Below are positions 29,460-40,132 of a stretch of 64,000 bases of DNA, piece by piece. The DNA comes from Flavobacteriales bacterium (GTDB taxonomy: Bacteria > Bacteroidota > Bacteroidia > Flavobacteriales > UBA7312): the NCBI GenBank assembly GCA_049890095.1, contig JBMHCD010000009.1, positions 169,366 through 233,365 of the forward strand. The letters are read 5' to 3'. Position 1 is the first letter of the stretch; every line of letters starts with the position of its first letter. The notes beneath the pieces are model-generated. The model ran no database searches, had not been told where the DNA came from, and saw only the letters and a list, made by a program, of their open reading frames with translations. The translations under genes and the position numbers were made by a program.

Positions 29460-30686
29460 CTATAAAGGTATAGAATTTAAAACAGACATCAAACTGTCTT
29501 TTACTTCGCCATATGCTAGCCTATTTTTTTCTTTTACTGGTTTGGAAGGAGGTAATTTTTGTTTGTATGGATCTACTTGCACCCCGTTTTTCCAAAATCT
29601 ATAACACACATGAGGTCCAGTAGCTAAGCCAGTGCTTCCCACATATCCGATAACATCACCTTGTTTTACACGAACACCTGGTCTAATTCCAGATTTTATT
29701 TTACTCATGTGAAGATACTGAGTGGTATATGTGGAGTTATGTCTTACTTTAACGTAATTACCATTATTTCTCTTGTACCTTGCTTCTGTAATTACACCAT
29801 TGGCAGTAGATAAAATCGGTGTTCCCTTAGGAGCAGCATAATCCGTACCTAAATGAGGTTTTATTTTTCCAGTAACTGGATGTTTTCTTCTTTTACTAAA
29901 GCTAGAACTTATTCTAGAATAATTTAATGGAGCTCTCAAAAAAGCTTTTCTCAAAGCTCCTCCTTTTTCATCAAAATAGTCGCCAAAAGTTTCTTCTTCT
30001 TCAAAATAAAAGGCATAATAGTCTTCGCCCATGTGGTTAAAATTAGAAGCATAAACTCTTCCAATACCAATAAACTTGTCATCAACATATTTCTCTTCAA
30101 AAACAATACTAAAGTAATCGCCTTTTTGTATTCTAAAAAAATCTATTGTCCAAGCATAAATATTTGAAGAAAGCTCATAAACCAAACTAGGGCTCATATT
30201 ATTTCCTACTAAGGCATTCCATAAAGAAGATTCAATAACACCACTAGCTTTTCTCATTCTTATTTCTACATCTTTCTTATCTCTGCTTATTTTAAGTGTA
30301 TCGCCCAAATCATAGATAACATATTCTAAATCGGAAATTTCATAAATAAAATATCTCGCTTTTTGTGCTGAGTCATTCAAGCATAAAACAGTATAAGCCT
30401 GACCAGCTTTTGCTCTTCTTAAATCAAAAATATCTTTTGATTTTTTTTCAATTTTAAAAATTTCTGGGTGATCAATATGATGAAGATAAAGCAGTTCTCC
30501 AATAGTTTGTCCACTCTCAATTTTTCCACTTACTACAACTAAGGAATCTACACAAATCCCATATTTATATTCTGAAGGAGGTACTGTACTTGTATTTTCT
30601 GATGATTGACAAGCAGATAAAAGAAATAAAAAAGAAAAAAAAGCGAATACGAAATATGAAGATATTAGATTAAGAATTTTTTTCAT
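29460..30686 (-). CDS. M23-family metallopeptidase lipoprotein
   Basis: Lipobox FLFLLSAC. M23 catalytic motifs HLGTDYAAPKGTPI and GSTGLATGPHVCYRF. Confidence 0.85.
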   Translation of the reverse strand: MKKILNLISSYFVFAFFSFLFLLSACQSSENTSTVPPSEYKYGICVDSLVVVSGKIESGQTIGELLYLHHIDHPEIFKIEKKSKDIFDLRRAKAGQAYTVLCLNDSAQKARYFIYEISDLEYVIYDLGDTLKISRDKKDVEIRMRKASGVIESSLWNALVGNNMSPSLVYELSSNIYAWTIDFFRIQKGDYFSIVFEEKYVDDKFIGIGRVYASNFNHMGEDYYAFYFEEEETFGDYFDEKGGALRKAFLRAPLNYSRISSSFSKRRKHPVTGKIKPHLGTDYAAPKGTPILSTANGVITEARYKRNNGNYVKVRHNSTYTTQYLHMSKIKSGIRPGVRVKQGDVIGYVGSTGLATGPHVCYRFWKNGVQVDPYKQKLPPSKPVKEKNRLAYGEVKDSLMSVLNSIPL

Positions 30687-31688
30687 TTATTTAGATTCTT
30701 TTAAAGCTTTAACCACCCAATTTCTACCCCAATTTTCTTTTTCTTCATCCGACCATAAATTTGGATAAAAAATTCTTTTCTGAAATCTTGGTGGTAGATA
30801 CTTTTGCCAATTTGTTCCTCCAGTTGCATCTACATCATTGTCATGCCCTTCGGACAAATATCGTACTGCCGATTTATAATGAACCAATGGCCAGTTTACA
30901 TTTACATTTAAATCTAATTTTCTTAGCTCTTCAATCAAAGCAGGATCATTTTGATCTTCCTTAGATAGATTTAGGTATTTAAAAAGTATGTTACATTCTT
31001 TCATTTGATTAGCCTTTTCAAGAAAAGAATTCATATACTTTTTTTCGAAATTTTTAAGCATTAATGTTTTTTTCCCGGACTGTAAATCCGTTGCTCCATC
31101 TTTCCAATACAAATGCTGAATCTGCTGTTCTATAGATTCATTTTGCAAGGATTCACGCATTTCTTTTTTGGTGAGATTTATAAGGCTAGTACAAGACAAC
31201 TCTATCTCTCTATATTGTGCGGATTGAAAACCACTAGCTGGCAAAAGAGACATTCTAAACTTTAAAAATTGATTACGCTCCATACCATCTACCATTATGG
31301 CAAACGAATTTGTTAATGCTTCAAAATAATTGTTTATTCTTTTAAGACGTTGAGTAAAAAACTTTGGACAAAGTTCTTTATTCCACCCTTCATCACGGCC
31401 TGATTCATTAATAATCTTTCCATTTTGAGAAATTTGATCCAACTCGCTTAAACATAGCTTAAAGTACAGCTCCGTAATTTGATGATAAATAATAAAAATT
31501 TCTTCATCAGGAAAGTCTGTTTTTGGAGTTTGTAAATTCAATAATACATCTAGTTGAACATAATCCCAATAATGTAAGGGATTTGCATAAAGCAATCCGT
31601 CTAAATAGGAAGGTAAGTCCTGACCTATAGAAGAGTATTTATCTTCCAGTAAACTTATCCTTTCCGTAATTTTTTGATTAAACGCCAT
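30687..31688 (-). CDS. kynA: tryptophan 2,3-dioxygenase family protein
   Basis: YWDYVQLDVLLNLQ...EEIFIIYHQITELYFKL resembles the helical TDO core of Bacteroidota-type enzymes. Recognised from memory only. Confidence 0.7.
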   Translation of the reverse strand: MAFNQKITERISLLEDKYSSIGQDLPSYLDGLLYANPLHYWDYVQLDVLLNLQTPKTDFPDEEIFIIYHQITELYFKLCLSELDQISQNGKIINESGRDEGWNKELCPKFFTQRLKRINNYFEALTNSFAIMVDGMERNQFLKFRMSLLPASGFQSAQYREIELSCTSLINLTKKEMRESLQNESIEQQIQHLYWKDGATDLQSGKKTLMLKNFEKKYMNSFLEKANQMKECNILFKYLNLSKEDQNDPALIEELRKLDLNVNVNWPLVHYKSAVRYLSEGHDNDVDATGGTNWQKYLPPRFQKRIFYPNLWSDEEKENWGRNWVVKALKESK

Positions 31689-31733
31689 TTCGTTTGTTTT
31701 AAATCAATCGCAATTTATACAAAATGAATAAAG

Positions 31734-34508
31734 TTAGCACACGATATTAACAATCTTTTTGGGAACAACAATTACTCGTTTTGGCACTTTACCATCTAAA
31801 TACTTAAGCGTCTGTTCTTGACTCATAACCATTTGCTCAATTTCTTGCTTTGATAAACCAGAAGCCAAATCTAGCGTGAATCTCATTTTGCCATTAAAAG
31901 AAATTGGATACGTAAAATTATCTTCTATCAGAAATTCTGGATTAAATATGGGCCACTTTGCTGTTGTTACAGAAGACTCATTTCCTAATTTACTCCATAT
32001 TTCTTCCGATAAATGTGGTGCATATGGCGACAATAAAATCGTAAAATCAGAAATAATTTCTCTCTTATTACATTTTTGATCTGTTAATTCATTTAAACAA
32101 ATCATTAGTGTACTTACAACCGTATTGAAGGAATATCTTTCAATATCTTCACTTACTTTTTTAATAGTTTTATGTAGCGACTTCAGCTCTTTTTTTGTTG
32201 CTTTTTCTGAGGAAACATTAAAACAATTCTCAGAGTCATGAACTAATCTCCAAAATTTTCTTAAAAAATTATGCACCCCATTTATTCCTTTTGTATCCCA
32301 CGGCTTAAATTGCTCTAATGGACCTAAAAACATTTCATACAATCTAAGCGTATCCGCTCCAAACTTTTCAACTAAATCATCTGGAGTTTGAACATTAAAT
32401 TTAGACTTAGACATTTTTTCAATTTCAAAACCACATGTATAATTTTGTTGATCATTCAATACAAACTTAGCGTCCTTGTACTCTTCTCTCCAATTTTTGA
32501 ACTTTTCAATATTTAAAATATCGTTGTCAACTAAATCTATATCTACATGAATACGACTTGTAACATACTCTTTTCTTTTTTCGAATGTTACAAATGTATT
32601 ACTGTCTTTTACTCGATAAACAAAATTCGATCGACCAAGTATCATACCTTGATTAATCAATTTTTTAAACGGTTCGTCTATAGAAATATGTCCTTTATCA
32701 AACAAAAATTTTGTCCAAAACCTGGAATATAGTAAATGACCAACTGCATGTTCGGCTCCACCTATGTACAGATCAACTTGGCCCCAATAATCCGATTTAT
32801 CTTTTGCTACAAATTGTTTGTCATTTTTTGGATCCATGTATCTTAGAAAATACCACGATGACCCAGCCCATCCTGGCATGGTATTATATTCCATTCTATC
32901 ACCTGCAAAAATATTCCAATCTTCTTTTTTAGCTCTAGCTAAAGGAGGTTCACCTTTTTCTGTAGGCAAATATTTATCTACTTTAGGAAGTTCAACATAA
33001 TCCTCATTTTGTAAAATATATGGAGTTTGATTTTCATAAAAAACAGGAAACGGCTCTCCCCAATATCGTTGCCTACTAAAAATAGCATCTCTTAGCCTAT
33101 AATTTGTTTTACCTTTTCCAATTTTATTTTTCTCAATCACTTCAATTGCTTTTGAAATTGCTTTTTCTACTGACATACCAGTTAAAAATTCGGAATGATC
33201 AATAATGGCGTCTTTTTGATCAAAAGCTTTTTCTGAAATATCAACATCTTTAAAAATATTTATCATTTCTATATCAAAATGTTTAGCAAAATCCCAATCT
33301 CGCTGATCTCCACACGGAACTGCCATTACTGCACCTGTTCCGTAAGATGCTAAAACATAATCTGCAATCCATATGGGTATTTTTTTATTTGAAAAAGGAT
33401 GTATTGCATAAGCACCTGAAAAAACACCTGTAATATTTTTTGTGTCCGATTGGCGATCTCTTTCCGATTTTAATGTTGCAGATTTACAATATTCTTTCAC
33501 TTGCTTCTCACAGTCATCAGAACAAATCTCATTTACTAAATCATGTTCAGGAGCGATAACCATAAAACTAACTCCAAAAATTGTATCTGGTCTTGTCGTA
33601 AAAACTTCTATTTTTCTGGGTGAATTTTCAATTGCAAACTCCACACTTGAACCTTTCGATTTTCCAATCCAATTTTTTTGAATTTCTTTCAAAGAATCAG
33701 ACCATTCAAGTTGGTGTAAATCGTTTAGTAATCTTTCAGCATAAGCTGTTATTCTCAAAGACCACTGACGCATTTTTTTCTGCTCAACAGGAAAATTCCC
33801 TCTTTCTGAACGTCCATCTTTTACTTCATCATTTGCCAACACAGTACCTAATTCCGGACACCAATTTACCCAAGTGTCCGACAAAAAAGCCAATCGATAT
33901 TTCAACAAAACATCTTGTTTTTTTTCGACAGAAAAATCTTTCCATTGGTCTTTATCAAATTTGTTAACATCCGAATCACATGAGGCATTAACATTTATAC
34001 TTCCTTCCTTTTCAAAAATCGTAACAAGATCATTAATTGGTAAAGCCTTATCTTGATCTTTACAGTAATAAGACTTATAAAGTTCTTTAAAAATCCATTG
34101 CGTCCACTTATAATAATTTGGTTCAGAAGTTCGTACTTCTCTATCCCAATCAAAAGAAAATCCTAACTTATCGAGTTGTTCTCTATATCGATTAATATTT
34201 TTTTCGGTTGTAATAGCCGGGTGCTGGCCTGTCTGTATTGCATACTGTTCGGCAGGTAAACCAAAGGAATCATATCCCATTGGATGCAATACATTAAACC
34301 CTTTAAGACGTTTATAACGAGAATAAATATCTGAAGCAATATATCCTAGAGGATGTCCAACATGCAAGCCTGCTCCCGAAGGATATGGAAACATATCCAA
34401 AACATAAAACTTTGGTTTTGTACTATCTTCAACAACTTTATAAGTAGCGTTTTCTTTCCAATATTTTCTCCACTTAAGTTCAATACTTTCAAATTGATAA
34501 TCCATCAT
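31734..34508 (-). CDS. leuS: leucine--tRNA ligase
   Basis: 924 aa. PYPSGAGLHVGHPLGY (HIGH) and KMSKSKFN (KMSKS), with a CP1 editing insert. Confidence 0.95.
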   Translation of the reverse strand: MMDYQFESIELKWRKYWKENATYKVVEDSTKPKFYVLDMFPYPSGAGLHVGHPLGYIASDIYSRYKRLKGFNVLHPMGYDSFGLPAEQYAIQTGQHPAITTEKNINRYREQLDKLGFSFDWDREVRTSEPNYYKWTQWIFKELYKSYYCKDQDKALPINDLVTIFEKEGSINVNASCDSDVNKFDKDQWKDFSVEKKQDVLLKYRLAFLSDTWVNWCPELGTVLANDEVKDGRSERGNFPVEQKKMRQWSLRITAYAERLLNDLHQLEWSDSLKEIQKNWIGKSKGSSVEFAIENSPRKIEVFTTRPDTIFGVSFMVIAPEHDLVNEICSDDCEKQVKEYCKSATLKSERDRQSDTKNITGVFSGAYAIHPFSNKKIPIWIADYVLASYGTGAVMAVPCGDQRDWDFAKHFDIEMINIFKDVDISEKAFDQKDAIIDHSEFLTGMSVEKAISKAIEVIEKNKIGKGKTNYRLRDAIFSRQRYWGEPFPVFYENQTPYILQNEDYVELPKVDKYLPTEKGEPPLARAKKEDWNIFAGDRMEYNTMPGWAGSSWYFLRYMDPKNDKQFVAKDKSDYWGQVDLYIGGAEHAVGHLLYSRFWTKFLFDKGHISIDEPFKKLINQGMILGRSNFVYRVKDSNTFVTFEKRKEYVTSRIHVDIDLVDNDILNIEKFKNWREEYKDAKFVLNDQQNYTCGFEIEKMSKSKFNVQTPDDLVEKFGADTLRLYEMFLGPLEQFKPWDTKGINGVHNFLRKFWRLVHDSENCFNVSSEKATKKELKSLHKTIKKVSEDIERYSFNTVVSTLMICLNELTDQKCNKREIISDFTILLSPYAPHLSEEIWSKLGNESSVTTAKWPIFNPEFLIEDNFTYPISFNGKMRFTLDLASGLSKQEIEQMVMSQEQTLKYLDGKVPKRVIVVPKKIVNIVC

Positions 34509-34525
34509 TTAAAACAAATTTGTAG

Positions 34526-34533
34526 CAAAGTTA
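34526..34533 (-). promoter_or_regulatory. -7 box TAnnTTTG (leuS)
   Basis: TAACTTTG (rc), 17 nt before ATG 34508. Confidence 0.45.
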
Positions 34534-34582
34534 ATTATTAAGCTATACTTAAGCACAAAATTTTTAATTTAGCATTCATATA

Positions 34583-35461
34583 ATGAAAGATTTTCAAGAA
34601 AAACACATCAAACGCCGTTTAAGGACTTCCAGTTTATCTACTATATTAAGCATCTCTTTAGTTCTTTTAATGCTAGGTTCAATGGGTTTTATATTTGTAA
34701 ATTCTCAAAAAATCACAAAATATATAAAAGAAAATGTTGGTATAACTATCGTTTTGAATAACGAAAATATTGCTGTAGATGTTCTTCAATTCCAAAAAAA
34801 CCTGGATGCTAATGAATGGATAAAATCAACCATTTATGTAAGTAAAGAAGATGCCGCAAAAGAACTTGTTTCGGAATTAGGTGAAGACTTTGTTTCTTTT
34901 TTAGGTTTTAACCCTTTGTCAAATACTATAGACGTATTTATGAAATCCGAATATGCTAATAGCCAAACAATGGAACAGCTTGCAGAGATTGTCAAAAAAA
35001 ATGAATTAGTTAAAGATGTCGTTTTTCAAAATGATCTTATAGATGCCATAAATAATAATATGAAAAAACTGAATCTAATCCTAGTTTCTTTTAGCATTCT
35101 CTTAATGATTGTATCGGTAACGTTGATCAATAATACCATCAGACTTACCGTTTATTCCAAAAGGTTTTTAATAAAAACAATGAAGCTAGTTGGGGCAACC
35201 AACGGATTTATACGAAAGCCCTTTATCATGACAGGCTTGCGACAAGGTGTTTTATCTGGTCTAATAGGAATTTTATTAATTATGTTGGTACTTTTTGGTG
35301 TTCAAAAAGAAATGCCTGAATTATTACAATTACAAGATATTAACTCACTTGTTATTATCTTCGCATTAGTGTTTATTTTTGGAATTTTAATCAGTACTTT
35401 AGTTACCAACTTTTCGGTTTCAAAATATTTGAAAATAAAAGAAGACGAACTTTATCATTAA
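34583..35461 (+). CDS. ftsX: cell division protein FtsX-like permease
   Basis: 292 aa, one N-terminal TM, a periplasmic domain, and a C-terminal FtsX 3-TM domain (MKLVGATNGFIRKPF). Confidence 0.8.
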   Translation: MKDFQEKHIKRRLRTSSLSTILSISLVLLMLGSMGFIFVNSQKITKYIKENVGITIVLNNENIAVDVLQFQKNLDANEWIKSTIYVSKEDAAKELVSELGEDFVSFLGFNPLSNTIDVFMKSEYANSQTMEQLAEIVKKNELVKDVVFQNDLIDAINNNMKKLNLILVSFSILLMIVSVTLINNTIRLTVYSKRFLIKTMKLVGATNGFIRKPFIMTGLRQGVLSGLIGILLIMLVLFGVQKEMPELLQLQDINSLVIIFALVFIFGILISTLVTNFSVSKYLKIKEDELYH

Positions 35462-35466
35462 AAAAT

Positions 35467-35688
35467 ATGGAATTTAACTTCGGAACAAGAAACTATCAAT
35501 TAATGATCGGAGGATTATTTTTAATCGTTTTAGGCTATTTCCTAATGAGTGGAGGAGGGTCTGATGATCCAAACATTTTTAGCTACGAAATATTTAGTGT
35601 TAGAAGGTTAACTATCGCTCCAATACTCATCATACTTGGTTTAGTTATTGAAGTTTTTGCGATCCTGTACAAGAGCAAAGATGAGTAG
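35467..35688 (+). CDS. DUF3098-like small membrane protein
   Basis: 73 aa, two TM. It sits between ftsX and uppP, which I recall as typical for Flavobacteriia. Confidence 0.6.
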   Translation: MEFNFGTRNYQLMIGGLFLIVLGYFLMSGGGSDDPNIFSYEIFSVRRLTIAPILIILGLVIEVFAILYKSKDE

Positions 35689-36472
35689 TATTTTATATGC
35701 TATTATTTTAGGTATTATTCAAGGTCTGACGGAATTTCTACCTGTCAGTAGTTCTGGTCATTTAGAAATTGTCAAATTTATTTTAGGAGATGAATCTGTC
35801 CCTGAACAAAGTCTTATGATGACGGTTGTTTTGCATGGGGCGACTGCTTTAAGCACATTAATCATTTTCAGAAAAGAAGTTTTTGAAATAATAAAAGGAC
35901 TTTTTTTGTTCAAGTCAAATGATGAGTTATGGTTTTCTGTAAAAATCATAATATCTATGATCCCTGCTGTTGCAATCGGTTTAATATTTGAAAGCGAGAT
36001 AAATCGTCTTTTTGAAGGAAAACTCTTGCTTGTTGGTTTCATGTTAATTCTAACTGGCTTTTTACTGTTTTTGGCAGATAAAGCGAAAAAAACGGATAAA
36101 AAAATTAGCTTTAAATCAGCCTTCATAATAGGGATTTCTCAAGCAATTGCCATACTGCCAGGAATATCTCGTTCAGGAGCTACTATATCTACCTCTGTTT
36201 TATTAGGCATTGACAGAAGTAGGGCCGCTCGTTTTTCCTTTCTCATGGTTGTACCAATTATCTTTGGTAAAATGGCAAAAGATTTGATGAGTGGTGAAAG
36301 TTTAATTATTGGCGATCAAAAAATGGTTTTGCTAATTGGCTTTTTAGCAGCATTCCTTACCGGATTAGTCGCATGTAAGTGGATGATAAAGCTTGTGAAA
36401 AACAGTAACCTTTCTTATTTCTCTTACTACTGTTTTATAATTGGTATAGTTTCTATTTTATATACAATATAA
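35681..36472 (+). CDS. uppP: undecaprenyl-diphosphate phosphatase
   Basis: MSSILYAIILGIIQGLTEFLPVSSSGHL and PGISRSGATIS motifs. ATG 35681 is preferred over the track start 35648 and overlaps the upstream stop. Confidence 0.9.
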   Translation: MSSILYAIILGIIQGLTEFLPVSSSGHLEIVKFILGDESVPEQSLMMTVVLHGATALSTLIIFRKEVFEIIKGLFLFKSNDELWFSVKIIISMIPAVAIGLIFESEINRLFEGKLLLVGFMLILTGFLLFLADKAKKTDKKISFKSAFIIGISQAIAILPGISRSGATISTSVLLGIDRSRAARFSFLMVVPIIFGKMAKDLMSGESLIIGDQKMVLLIGFLAAFLTGLVACKWMIKLVKNSNLSYFSYYCFIIGIVSILYTI

Positions 36473-36476
36473 TTAA

Positions 36477-37175
36477 ATGAAAGAGACCAATTTTTTACAA
36501 GGAAGTATGATCTTAATAAATAAACCTTTGAGATGGACTTCATTTGATGTTATAAAAAAAATACGAAATAGTTTAAAATTTCACTATGGCGTAAAAAAAA
36601 TAAAAGTTGGTCATGCTGGTACTCTAGATCCTCTTGCAGATGGACTATTGATTTTGTGTACTGGAAAATGGACAAAAAAAATTGAAGAGTTTCAAAATTT
36701 AGAAAAAGAATATACCGGAACATTCGTTTTAGGAGCAACTACTCCTTCTTACGATTTAGAAACAGAAATAGATCAAACTTTTACTGTAGAACATTTAAAT
36801 ACAAAACAAATAATTAATCACTCAAAAAAATTTATCGGTAAAATAAAACAAAAACCACCTATTTTTTCAGCAATTAAAAAAGATGGTGTTCGATTATACG
36901 AGCATGCTCGTAATGGAAAAGATGTAGAAATTAAAGAAAGAGAAATATTTATTAAAGAATTTGAAATTACCAATATAAATTTTCCTCATGTAGACTTTAG
37001 AGTTGTCTGTAGTAAAGGAACCTATATCCGATCATTGGCTCATGATTTTGGCAAATCGTTAGACAATGGTGCCTACTTATCCAAATTAACTAGAACAAAA
37101 ATAGGATCATACCGTATAGAAAAGGCTAAAGAAATTGATGAATTTGTTTCTTATTTAGAGTCCGAAAAAAAATAA
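36477..37175 (+). CDS. truB: tRNA pseudouridine(55) synthase
   Basis: KVGHAGTLDPLADGLLILC (catalytic Asp motif). Confidence 0.9.
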   Translation: MKETNFLQGSMILINKPLRWTSFDVIKKIRNSLKFHYGVKKIKVGHAGTLDPLADGLLILCTGKWTKKIEEFQNLEKEYTGTFVLGATTPSYDLETEIDQTFTVEHLNTKQIINHSKKFIGKIKQKPPIFSAIKKDGVRLYEHARNGKDVEIKEREIFIKEFEITNINFPHVDFRVVCSKGTYIRSLAHDFGKSLDNGAYLSKLTRTKIGSYRIEKAKEIDEFVSYLESEKK

Positions 37176-37196
37176 GCTACTCTTGTGTTAAATTTA

Positions 37197-37204
37197 TATA
37201 TTTG
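37197..37204 (+). promoter_or_regulatory. -7 box TAnnTTTG (queA)
   Basis: TATATTTG, 26 nt before ATG 37231. Confidence 0.45.
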
Positions 37205-37230
37205 CAAGTTTCTAACATTAGACTTCAATT

Positions 37231-38289
37231 ATGATAAAAAGAAAATTATCCCAATTTGACTTTGATTTACCAGAACACTTATTAGCAGATCGTCCGAGCT
37301 ATAATAGAGACGAATCTAGATTGATGGTTGTTGACAGAAAAACTGGAACTATTGAGCATAAGCTTTTTAAAGATCTTATTGACTACTTTGATGAAGGTGA
37401 TGTTATGATTTTTAATGACACAAAAGTTTTTCCTGCAAGAATGTATGGGAATAAAGAAAAAACTGGAGCAAGAATTGAAGTTTTTCTTTTAAGAGAACTC
37501 AATAAAGAAAATTTACTTTGGGACGTTTTAGTAGATCCTGCTCGTAAAATTCGTATCGGAAATAAACTTTACTTTGGAGAAGACGATAGTTTAGTAGCTG
37601 AAGTTATAGACAATACAACCTCTAGAGGAAGAACTTTGCGTTTTCTATTTGACGGATCATATGAGGAGTTTAGACAAAAACTAAAAGATTTAGGACAAAC
37701 GCCTCTTCCAAAATACATTAAAAGAGAGCCAGATGAGGAAGATAGAGAACGTTTTCAAACTATCTATGCCGAAAACGAAGGTGCTGTTGCTGCCCCGTCT
37801 GCAGGTTTGCATTTTTCTAGAGAGCTTCTTAAAAGGTTAGAAATTGTTGGTGTTGATTTTGCCAAACTAACTCTTCACATTGGATTAGGAACTTTTAGAC
37901 CGGTTGAAGTGGAAGATTTGAGTAAACACAAAATGGATTCTGAAGAAGTTTTTATTAGTGAAGAAACCGTAAATACTATTAATAATGGTATTAAAAATAA
38001 ACGAAGAATATGTGCTGTTGGAACTACTTCCGTACGAGCAGTCGAATCATCAGTTACAACCACTGGTTTTATGACGCCTTTTGATGGATGGACTAACAAA
38101 TTTATCTACCCACCATATAGCTTTAATATTCCAAATGCAATGATCACAAACTTTCATACTCCCAAATCTACACTCCTAATGATGGTTAGTGCATTTGGAG
38201 GTTTTGAATTGATCAAAAAAGCATATGAAGAAGCTGTAAAAGAAGAATACAAATTCTTTACTTATGGTGACGCAATGCTTATACTTTAA
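37231..38289 (+). CDS. queA: S-adenosylmethionine:tRNA ribosyltransferase-isomerase
   Basis: [17 protein letters not shown]...AAPSAGLHF...[12 protein letters not shown]...LLMMVSAF. Confidence 0.95.
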   Translation: MIKRKLSQFDFDLPEHLLADRPSYNRDESRLMVVDRKTGTIEHKLFKDLIDYFDEGDVMIFNDTKVFPARMYGNKEKTGARIEVFLLRELNKENLLWDVLVDPARKIRIGNKLYFGEDDSLVAEVIDNTTSRGRTLRFLFDGSYEEFRQKLKDLGQTPLPKYIKREPDEEDRERFQTIYAENEGAVAAPSAGLHFSRELLKRLEIVGVDFAKLTLHIGLGTFRPVEVEDLSKHKMDSEEVFISEETVNTINNGIKNKRRICAVGTTSVRAVESSVTTTGFMTPFDGWTNKFIYPPYSFNIPNAMITNFHTPKSTLLMMVSAFGGFELIKKAYEEAVKEEYKFFTYGDAMLIL

Positions 38290-38292
38290 AAA

Positions 38293-38955
38293 GTGAAATC
38301 TTTTGTTATTATTGTTGCTGGAGGAGTTGGTACAAGGATGGGAAGTTCTACTCCCAAACAATTTTTAAATCTAGGTAACAAACCTATTTTAGCTCATACG
38401 ATCACAAGAGTAAATAAAATTAGTCCTAAATCAGAACTAATTGTAGTATTACCTAAAAATCAAATTGACTATTGGAAGTCTATTTGTAATAAATATAACA
38501 TAAACATAGAGCATAAAATAGTTGAAGGTGGTAATACTCGTTTTGAATCAGTTAAAAATGGTCTTAAAAAAGTGACTCCAGATTCTTTAGTGGCTATTCA
38601 CGATGGTGTTCGCCCTCTTTTAAACAAAACTGTTTTTGATCGTTGTATGCAAAAAGCACAAGAAAAAGGTGCTGCCATACCAACCATTCCCATTACAGAT
38701 AGCCTTAGAGAAATCAATACTCAAGGTTCGGTTATAAAAGATAGAAACTCATTTGTTAAGGTACAAACTCCCCAATGTTTCGACTCAAATATTCTATTAA
38801 AAGCATACAAACAACCTTTTAACCAATCGTTTACAGATGATGCATCTGTAGTGGAAGCAATGGGCAAAAAAGTCTTTTTAGTTGAGGGGAATAAAGAAAA
38901 TATAAAAATAACTACTCCTGAAGATATTAAAATCGCAACAGCTTTCATGCTCTAA
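38293..38955 (+). CDS. ispD: 2-C-methyl-D-erythritol 4-phosphate cytidylyltransferase
   Basis: IIVAGGVGTRMGSSTPKQF...HDGVRP...QTPQCF. GTG start. Confidence 0.9.
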   Translation: MKSFVIIVAGGVGTRMGSSTPKQFLNLGNKPILAHTITRVNKISPKSELIVVLPKNQIDYWKSICNKYNINIEHKIVEGGNTRFESVKNGLKKVTPDSLVAIHDGVRPLLNKTVFDRCMQKAQEKGAAIPTIPITDSLREINTQGSVIKDRNSFVKVQTPQCFDSNILLKAYKQPFNQSFTDDASVVEAMGKKVFLVEGNKENIKITTPEDIKIATAFML

Positions 38956-40106
38956 CTATTAAAGAAAATAGGCTCTACGAAAGAATCTTTTGTAATTTGA
39001 TAATTGTTATCTAAATTTTTAATCCGATTAACCCCAGGTTTTTTTCCTTTTTCAAAAGTTCCCAATTTGGTCAATCCTAATAGTTCTGCTCCATTTCTAC
39101 ATGCCCAAGTCAACAAGGTGTTTAAGTCAATATCTGTATGTTGAGAAATTATTTTTATTTCTTCAAAAATATCTAAACTATTGTTGGATGCTAAACTATC
39201 GGTACCTATAGTAATTTTACAATTTGATTTTATCCAAGACTTATAATCTGGCAAAGCATCCTCGATATATAGATTTGCTTTCGGGCAAGTGCACCAATAT
39301 ACATGTTTGTTTTGCTTATTCAACCAGTTCATGTCTTCTGTAGAAGTAAAAGTATTGTGTACCATTAAAATTTTTGATTTATCCAGTTTGGGATAAATAG
39401 ATTGAAGAGCTGACAACTTAGTGGGTTTAAAAAATTTACTATTAGATAAGCTATCTATTAGTGTTCCTGTTCCATCAATAAACATTTGATCCTCCGAACC
39501 TGTTTCTTGATTATGAATGCTTTGAATTGAATTATTATTATTATGTTTAATAAGATCAAAAAGCTTATTTGAAAGTGAATAATTAGCATGTGGAGTGATA
39601 GAACAAGATGTCTTACACTTTTGCATTAAACTTTTTCCTTTTTCAAAAACAGTATCAGCTTGTTCAGGATTTAAAGAGAATAGTTCAATGAATGTATGAT
39701 AAAAAATTTCACTATTTAGTTTGGTTTCAAATGAATAATCAGTATTTGAAATGTCTGCAACAGCAACAATACCATTGTTATACATTTTACGATCATAATA
39801 CTCTATTTCCTTTAAAATAACAGATTTATCTGTCTGTCTAAGAGTAGGTATTTTAGAAATAAAATTAGCTAAGCCTAGTTGCTTTGGTAATTTATTTTTT
39901 AAATGTGATAACTCTAAATGGCAATGCGAATTAATAAAACCTGGGCACAAAGCACCATTTATAAAAGTGATTTTTTTAGGGTCTATCCCTTTTTTATTAT
40001 CTAATACATCCATCACTTCGCCACTACTATTTACCACCAAAATTCCATTTAAAATTGGCTCTCCAATCGAAGTAAAGAGGATATCACTTTCAAGATAGTG
40101 TAACAT
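38952..40106 (-). CDS. amidohydrolase-family protein (metal-dependent deaminase/chlorohydrolase-like)
   Basis: PGFINSHCHLELSH metal-binding motif and C-terminal GTDSLASN. ATG 40106 (MLHYLESD...) is preferred over the track start 40163, which would overlap rlmN. Confidence 0.7.
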   Translation of the reverse strand: MLHYLESDILFTSIGEPILNGILVVNSSGEVMDVLDNKKGIDPKKITFINGALCPGFINSHCHLELSHLKNKLPKQLGLANFISKIPTLRQTDKSVILKEIEYYDRKMYNNGIVAVADISNTDYSFETKLNSEIFYHTFIELFSLNPEQADTVFEKGKSLMQKCKTSCSITPHANYSLSNKLFDLIKHNNNNSIQSIHNQETGSEDQMFIDGTGTLIDSLSNSKFFKPTKLSALQSIYPKLDKSKILMVHNTFTSTEDMNWLNKQNKHVYWCTCPKANLYIEDALPDYKSWIKSNCKITIGTDSLASNNSLDIFEEIKIISQHTDIDLNTLLTWACRNGAELLGLTKLGTFEKGKKPGVNRIKNLDNNYQITKDSFVEPIFFNS

Positions 40107-40111
40107 AGGTA

Positions 40112-40119
40112 CAAAGATA
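40112..40119 (-). promoter_or_regulatory. -7 box TAnnTTTG (amidohydrolase gene), start-proximal, left half of a 17-bp palindrome
   Basis: TATCTTTG (rc), 5 nt before ATG 40106. Confidence 0.45.
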
Positions 40120-40120
40120 C

Positions 40121-40128
40121 TATCTTTG
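40121..40128 (+). promoter_or_regulatory. -7 box TAnnTTTG (rlmN), start-proximal, right half of a 17-bp palindrome
   Basis: TATCTTTG, 4 nt before ATG 40133. Confidence 0.45.
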
Positions 40129-40132
40129 CTAC